In this document: piece by piece, positions 15,405 through 20,000 of the stretch
How positions within the stretch are numbered: position 1 is the first letter of the stretch
How the letters are laid out: each line of letters starts with the position of its first letter
Virus record (IMG/VR): IMGVR_UViG_3300024358_000470
Source of the DNA: an uncultured virus (IMG/VR IMGVR_UViG_3300024358_000470)
Taxonomy: Duplodnaviria > Heunggongvirae > Uroviricota > Caudoviricetes
DNA: 20,000 nt
Reading direction: 5' to 3' (one strand)
The notes under the pieces: generated by a model
The model's input: only the letters and a program-made list of their open reading frames with translations
What the model was told of the DNA's origin: nothing
Database searches by the model: none
Position numbers and translations under genes: made by a program

Positions 15405-16466
15405 ATGACTTCTTCTACACTTTCACAACCTATTCAACAACGAGGATGGTTTGATGTACTCGATGACTGGCTTAAAAGAGACCGTTTCGTTTTTGTTGGC
15501 TGGTCTGGACTTCTTCTTTTTCCCACTGCTTATCTTGCTCTTGGTGGTTGGATTACTGGGACAACTTTCGTCACGAGTTGGTATACTCACGGGCTTGCGA
15601 GTTCCTATCTTGAGGGTGCAAACTTTCTTACTGCAGCAGTTAGTACTCCAGCAGATTCTATGGGTCATTCTCTTCTTCTGCTCTGGGGTCCTGAGGCTCA
15701 AGGGGATATCGTCAGGTGGTTCCAACTTGGGGGACTATGGACTTTTGTGGCGCTCCACGGGGCCTTTAGTCTGATCGGATTTATGCTTCGCCAGTTTGAG
15801 ATCTCACGACTGGTAGGCATCCGTCCTTACAACGCAATTGCATTCTCTGGTCCCATCGCAGTGTTTGTGAGCGTCTTCCTGATGTACCCTCTGGGTCAAT
15901 CCAGTTGGTTCTTTGCACCTTCCTTTGGTGTTGCTGCTATCTTCAGGTTCCTTCTGTTCCTTCAGGGTTTTCACAACTGGACTCTTAACCCATTTCATAT
16001 GATGGGTGTTGCTGGTATACTGGGTGGAGCACTGCTCTGTGCTATTCACGGAGCAACTGTAGAAAACACACTATTTGAAGATAGTGATCAAGCAAATACA
16101 TTCAAGGCATTCGAACCAACACAAGAGGAAGAAACCTATTCAATGGTTACTGCTAACCGTTTCTGGTCGCAAATCTTTGGAATTGCTTTTAGTAACAAGC
16201 GTTGGTTACATTTCTTTATGCTCTTTGTTCCCGTCATGGGTCTCTGGACATCTTCTATCGGGATTATCGGTCTTGCTCTCAATCTTCGTGCTTACGACTT
16301 TGTTAGTCAGGAGATTGAAGCAGCCGTCAATCCGGAATACGAAACTTTCTACACGAAGAATATACTTCTTAACGAAGGGCTTCGTGCTTGGATGGCTCCC
16401 GTAGACCAACCACATGAAAATTTTGTTTTTCCAGAGGAAGTTTTGCCTCGGGGCAACGCACTTTGA
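15405..16466 (+). CDS. psbD: Photosystem II D2 protein
   Basis: [54 protein letters not shown]. Confidence 0.99.
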   Translation: MTSSTLSQPIQQRGWFDVLDDWLKRDRFVFVGWSGLLLFPTAYLALGGWITGTTFVTSWYTHGLASSYLEGANFLTAAVSTPADSMGHSLLLLWGPEAQGDIVRWFQLGGLWTFVALHGAFSLIGFMLRQFEISRLVGIRPYNAIAFSGPIAVFVSVFLMYPLGQSSWFFAPSFGVAAIFRFLLFLQGFHNWTLNPFHMMGVAGILGGALLCAIHGATVENTLFEDSDQANTFKAFEPTQEEETYSMVTANRFWSQIFGIAFSNKRWLHFFMLFVPVMGLWTSSIGIIGLALNLRAYDFVSQEIEAAVNPEYETFYTKNILLNEGLRAWMAPVDQPHENFVFPEEVLPRGNAL

Positions 16467-16470
16467 TTTT

Positions 16471-16498
16471 AAAGACCTCATTGTTGGGGTCTTTTTTA
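16471..16498 (+). terminator. psbD terminator
   Basis: AAAGACCTCA-TTGT-TGGGGTCTTT plus T-run. Confidence 0.8.
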
Positions 16499-16526
16499 TT
16501 TACATAAGACCCAAAGTATGATAAAA

Positions 16527-16534
16527 TATAAATA
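16527..16534 (+). promoter_or_regulatory. T4-type late promoter for the endonuclease gene
   Basis: TATAAATA 25 nt upstream of ATG 16560. Confidence 0.75.
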
Positions 16535-16559
16535 ATAATAGATATTCAAAGTTAGGATA

Positions 16560-17129
16560 ATGCCCTTAAATAATAAATCAAAACCTTGTGGTGCTTTGAT
16601 TGGTAAAAAATTTGGAAAACTTACTGTCCTGAAAGAAGAAGTAGTCTTTAAGAGTGGGAAGAATAGAGTTTATTCAACTTGTAAATGTGAATGTGGTGGA
16701 GAAAAAACTTGCGAGAGATATGGTCTTATGAATGGTTCAACTACTAGTTGTGGGTGTGTTAGGAGAGAAACTACTATTGCTTTTAATAAAACTAAAAAGA
16801 AACCAGAAGGTGAATTAAAAAAAGACGATAGAAGATATAGTATGTTTCATAATGCTCAACATAGGGCAAAAAGAAAGGGTATTCCATTTAGTATAACTAT
16901 AGATGATATTATTATTCCAGAAACTTGTCCTTTACTTGGAATACCTCTTGTATCTACTAATGATAAAAGAGATCCAAGAAATCCTAGTTTAGATCAAAAG
17001 GTTCCTGGTAAAGGATATACCCCCGATAATATTTGGGTTATATCTTCAAGAGCGAATGCCCTAAAATGGGACGCATCCCTACAAGAATTAGAACTCCTAG
17101 TAGAAAACCTCAAATGCTTCTCATCTTAG
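16560..17129 (+). CDS. Putative free-standing homing endonuclease (His-Me-finger/HNH-like)
   Basis: GKKFGKLTV..CKCECG..SCGC module typical of phage HNH/AP2 endonucleases; CPLLG..PSLDQKVPGKGYTPDNIWVISSRAN beta-beta-alpha-like core. Confidence 0.75.
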   Translation: MPLNNKSKPCGALIGKKFGKLTVLKEEVVFKSGKNRVYSTCKCECGGEKTCERYGLMNGSTTSCGCVRRETTIAFNKTKKKPEGELKKDDRRYSMFHNAQHRAKRKGIPFSITIDDIIIPETCPLLGIPLVSTNDKRDPRNPSLDQKVPGKGYTPDNIWVISSRANALKWDASLQELELLVENLKCFSS

Positions 17130-17188
17130 TTCTCTTCCAACTTTTTGGAATCCTAATGTTTATATTATCTGTTATGCAGGACTTATGA
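17114..17188 (+). CDS. Possible hydrophobic micro-protein (24 aa, MLLILVLFQLFGILMFILSVMQDL)
   Basis: ATGA coupling to the next ORF. Confidence 0.35.
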   Translation: MLLILVLFQLFGILMFILSVMQDL

Positions 17189-17316
17189 TAACTTCTACAA
17201 CACCATACAAACTCGCAGAAATTATTCGTGATACATGGCCTGGACTTTACAGACCACCAGTAAAGACTTATAATAAATCTTCTATAAATATTCCACAAAA
17301 TTGCAGAAAAAAATGA
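17185..17316 (+). CDS. Small hypothetical protein (43 aa, MITSTTPYKLAEIIRDTWPGLYRPP...)
   Basis: ATGA overlaps at both ends. Confidence 0.5.
   Translation: MITSTTPYKLAEIIRDTWPGLYRPPVKTYNKSSINIPQNCRKK
17283..17290 (+). promoter_or_regulatory. T4-type late promoter
   Basis: TATAAATA upstream of glutaredoxin. Confidence 0.65.
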
Positions 17317-17549
17317 AGTTCACAGTTTATTCAAAAGATGGTTGCCCATATTGCACAAAAGTTCAACAGGTGCTAGAGTTGGCACAACTGCAACATGTAG
17401 TCTACAAATTGAATAGTGATTTTAGTAGAGAAGAATTTTATTCAGAATTCGGAGAGGGATCTACCTTTCCTCAAGTGATTGTAAATGACCAACACATTGG
17501 TGGATGCACCGATACTGTTCAATATCTAAAGGAGCAAAATCTAGTTTAA
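17313..17549 (+). CDS. Glutaredoxin (NrdC-like)
   Basis: CPYC active site, TFPQV, IGGCTD. Confidence 0.92.
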   Translation: MKFTVYSKDGCPYCTKVQQVLELAQLQHVVYKLNSDFSREEFYSEFGEGSTFPQVIVNDQHIGGCTDTVQYLKEQNLV

Positions 17550-17908
17550 TGGAAAACACCATTCACGAAGTTTGTAACGATGTAGAAAAAGCAATTGATT
17601 ATGCTTTCAATGGTCAATTTGTTTTGAGTTTTTATGATTATCTAAAAGTTCGTGGAACTAAAAAAGTAGAGGTTGAACAATTTATTGAAAGTAATACAGC
17701 ACACGAGCTGAGTAATCTTGTAATGGATTTGGATGATTATCTTGAGGGTGGATCAGATGAGATTCATAAACAACTTCGTGAAGGATATGGACATATTCCA
17801 AAACCACAAGCAAGAAAAATAAGAAATTACCTTTACGGTATTCTTGAAGATGCCTGGAGATATAATCATGACAAAAGACCAGGAAGGAGAAAGAAGCAAA
17901 CTAAATAA
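17549..17908 (+). CDS. Hypothetical phage protein (119 aa)
   Basis: TAATG coupling to glutaredoxin. Confidence 0.8.
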   Translation: MENTIHEVCNDVEKAIDYAFNGQFVLSFYDYLKVRGTKKVEVEQFIESNTAHELSNLVMDLDDYLEGGSDEIHKQLREGYGHIPKPQARKIRNYLYGILEDAWRYNHDKRPGRRKKQTK

Positions 17909-18074
17909 GTCAGAACCTCAAATTAATAGGGGTGTTGAATTATTACTACGCAATAGGAGGAGAAAATCATCAACGCCAAAGACTTTTCAAGTGAAGTTTG
18001 GTAAAATGATTTCTCTCTTCCGTAGAGAGTTTCATTTCTTTATAGAATTTCATTTTGATATTAGGAAAAAATAA
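17844..18074 (+). CDS. Basic hypothetical protein; start uncertain
   Basis: ORF fills the 17908-18093 gap (INRGVELLLRNRRRK). Confidence 0.55.
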   Translation: MKMPGDIIMTKDQEGERSKLNKSEPQINRGVELLLRNRRRKSSTPKTFQVKFGKMISLFRREFHFFIEFHFDIRKK

Positions 18075-18092
18075 ACTCTCTGGAGAAGAAAA

Positions 18093-18326
18093 ATGGAAAC
18101 AGCATATGTAATAACATTCGTTACAATGTTCACATTGCTCTTTTTTATGGTAGGAGGTATAATAGGTTGGTTAACTTATAGGCATTTGTTGGAGTCAAAA
18201 CCTCCATATTTACATCCAGAGTTCTTTGATGAAAATGGGCAGGTGATTCCTGACGAAATAGTATCTGTACGATTTGAAAACGATTACGATTATGACTACG
18301 ACGAAGACGAAGAAAGCGACGACTGA
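18093..18326 (+). CDS. Single-TM hypothetical protein with an acidic tail
   Basis: GGAG RBS; TM helix; LHPEFFDENG. Confidence 0.8.
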   Translation: METAYVITFVTMFTLLFFMVGGIIGWLTYRHLLESKPPYLHPEFFDENGQVIPDEIVSVRFENDYDYDYDEDEESDD

Positions 18327-18867
18327 AAAACCGATTGAAACTCTTCCCACAAATCCTTTTATATTTGAGATTTTAGAGCTTACATCAAAGCAAAGAAGTA
18401 ATGCAAAGAAAGTGGAAGTTCTTAAAACTTATGAACATGATTCCCTAAAAGCAATTTTTATTTGGAATTTTGATGATACTGTGATTTCACTGCTTCCTGA
18501 AGGTGATGTTCCATATGCAAGCACTGGAGAACAAACCTCTTACAGTGGAACTCTAAGTGGAAAAATTAATGATGCAGTTTCTAAAATGGATGAGTTAGAC
18601 TCCAATTCTCTTGGATCTATGGACCAAGGGAAGTCTTCTATCCGAAGAGAGTATCATATGTTCTATAACTTTGTAAAAGGTGGCAATGATACACTAAGTT
18701 CTCTTCGTAGAGAAACCATGTTCATTAATATTTTGGAGGGACTTCATCCTAAAGAAGCGGAAGTTTTAGTTCTAACAAAAGATAAAAGACTTGAAACTAA
18801 ATATAAAATAACTAAAGAAATTGTTTCCGAAGCCTACTCCGATATTCAATGGGGGGGTCGTTCATGA
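18274..18867 (+). CDS. Hypothetical T4-like phage protein; start possibly at 18292
   Basis: 197-aa ORF; LLPEGDVPY, RRETMFINILEGLHPKEAEVL. Confidence 0.85.
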   Translation: MKTITIMTTTKTKKATTEKPIETLPTNPFIFEILELTSKQRSNAKKVEVLKTYEHDSLKAIFIWNFDDTVISLLPEGDVPYASTGEQTSYSGTLSGKINDAVSKMDELDSNSLGSMDQGKSSIRREYHMFYNFVKGGNDTLSSLRRETMFINILEGLHPKEAEVLVLTKDKRLETKYKITKEIVSEAYSDIQWGGRS

Positions 18868-19202
18868 GTACAGCGGTAGGAGAAAAAAGTAAAATGGCAG
18901 AAAATAAGACTAAGATTAATAAAGTTCTGCCATATGAATATGGATGCGAAATTATTTTAGAAAAAACTACTGTAGAAAAAGCAAAAGATTCTTCTCTACC
19001 CAATGATGCATATTTAATTTGGTATCTTGTTGATGGTGAAGAATATATTGATTTGACTCGTTGCCCTAAACGAGTAAATCTTTTTGATATGTACTATGAC
19101 AAGTATGGTCCAGGTGCTGTTAAAAAGATTGATTTTGGATATGGTAGAACCAATCCAAAACTTTGGGGATACAAACAACCTGAGAAAAAGAAGAAAAAAT
19201 GA
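18864..19202 (+). CDS. Hypothetical phage protein
   Basis: ATGA coupling at both ends. Confidence 0.8.
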   Translation: MSTAVGEKSKMAENKTKINKVLPYEYGCEIILEKTTVEKAKDSSLPNDAYLIWYLVDGEEYIDLTRCPKRVNLFDMYYDKYGPGAVKKIDFGYGRTNPKLWGYKQPEKKKKK

Positions 19203-19411
19203 GCGCAGGATTTGGTGGTCAAGGAAAAGAAAATAGAATTGGTAAAGATGCCAAAATTACTATTGACTTAGATAATATAGACATAGTTTTAAAACAATAT
19301 AAGAAAATTAAAAAATATAAGAAATCATCTCTGTATGCTATCAAAACAATGGATGGCACAGAAGATATTGTGAGTTCATTAATTAAAGAAGCAGAGGAGA
19401 ATCCGTTGTAA
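19199..19411 (+). CDS. Hypothetical protein (70 aa)
   Basis: Coupled ORF (ATGA, TAATG). Confidence 0.7.
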   Translation: MSAGFGGQGKENRIGKDAKITIDLDNIDIVLKQYKKIKKYKKSSLYAIKTMDGTEDIVSSLIKEAEENPL

Positions 19412-19737
19412 TGGGGAAGCATTACCTACTTAATTTGTATGGATGCTCGTTTGTCCTTTTGGACGACGAGCGTTGTCTTATAGACTTATTGGAAAACGCG
19501 GCAGCAGCGAGCGGCGCTACTGTGGTTCAAACAATTTCAAAAAAGTTTGAACCACAAGGAGTTACTGTAATATGCTTGTTGTCCGAAAGTCACATCAGCA
19601 TTCATACATGGCCAGAAGAAGGTAAGGCAGCAGTTGATGTTTATACTTGTGGTGATTGTAATCCAAAGATTGGATGTGATATTATTATCCAACAACTTTA
19701 TGCTACCAATCATACATTAAGTTATATTGAGAGATAG
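19411..19737 (+). CDS. speD: S-adenosylmethionine decarboxylase proenzyme (class 1B fold)
   Basis: MGKH, FEPQGVT, LLSESHISIHTWPE (ES self-cleavage site), DVYTCG. Confidence 0.93.
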   Translation: MGKHYLLNLYGCSFVLLDDERCLIDLLENAAAASGATVVQTISKKFEPQGVTVICLLSESHISIHTWPEEGKAAVDVYTCGDCNPKIGCDIIIQQLYATNHTLSYIER

Positions 19738-19742
19738 AAAAC

Positions 19743-19758
19743 TGTATCAGGAAATACA
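19743..19758 (+). promoter_or_regulatory. NtcA-binding-site consensus
   Basis: TGTA-TCAGGAAA-TACA (GTA-N8-TAC), intergenic. Confidence 0.5.
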
Positions 19759-19815
19759 CACAAAACTTCCTATATAAGTTGAATAGAGGTATAATAATCC
19801 TCTACCGTTCATCCT

Positions 19816-20000
19816 ATGACTAAAGCACTCTTGCTTTTAGCATGGGTTCCTTTCCTCTTCGTTTCAGCGCCACAAGCATCTAGCATCCAACAGGTTGCAG
19901 TTTCTTGCGACACCGCGATGGAACTAATGGACATCGTTAAAAACGACGATGTAGTAATTCAAAAGATAGAGGACCGATTGTTATTAGAACTCCGAAAGGA
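19816..20000 (+). CDS. Exported hypothetical protein, truncated by the window end
   Basis: MTKALLLLAWVPFLFVSAPQASS... open to the end of the window. Confidence 0.6.
   Translation, partial: MTKALLLLAWVPFLFVSAPQASSIQQVAVSCDTAMELMDIVKNDDVVIQKIEDRLLLELRK

Noticed and set aside
15702..15764. G-rich atypical codon patch in 5' psbD (GGG, AGG, GCG)
   Set aside because: Might reflect mosaicism, but it is far from the endonuclease and I recall similar patches in other cyanophage psbD genes; not supportable without an alignment.

Overview
AT-rich, gene-dense segment of a T4-like cyanobacterial myophage genome, probably a freshwater Synechococcus/Cyanobium phage. The phage call rests on repeated T4-type late promoters (TATAAATA/ATAAATA), phage lysozyme and endonuclease genes, and host-like metabolic genes. 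From left to right: an auxiliary-metabolic block (ahcY, Pho-box-preceded pstS, two hli genes, petF, peroxiredoxin); a cell-envelope/lysis-like block (C39-like peptidase and lysozyme sharing an N-terminal domain, an autotransporter-like beta-barrel protein with a structured 5' leader, membrane proteins, an HEXXH peptidase, an SNase-like nuclease); a minus-strand operon of mostly exported proteins; psbA and psbD; then glutaredoxin, conserved hypothetical genes and speD. The most notable structure is around the photosystem genes. psbA and psbD are each followed by a free-standing endonuclease, and each has a locally altered 3' segment (synonymous recoding in psbA; RAAEDPEF changed to EAAVNPEY in D2). 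A second, orphan copy of the psbA 3' end with its own terminator sits about 1.55 kb downstream, marking the endonuclease cassette as an insertion. All family assignments are by eye from motifs; no database searches were run.
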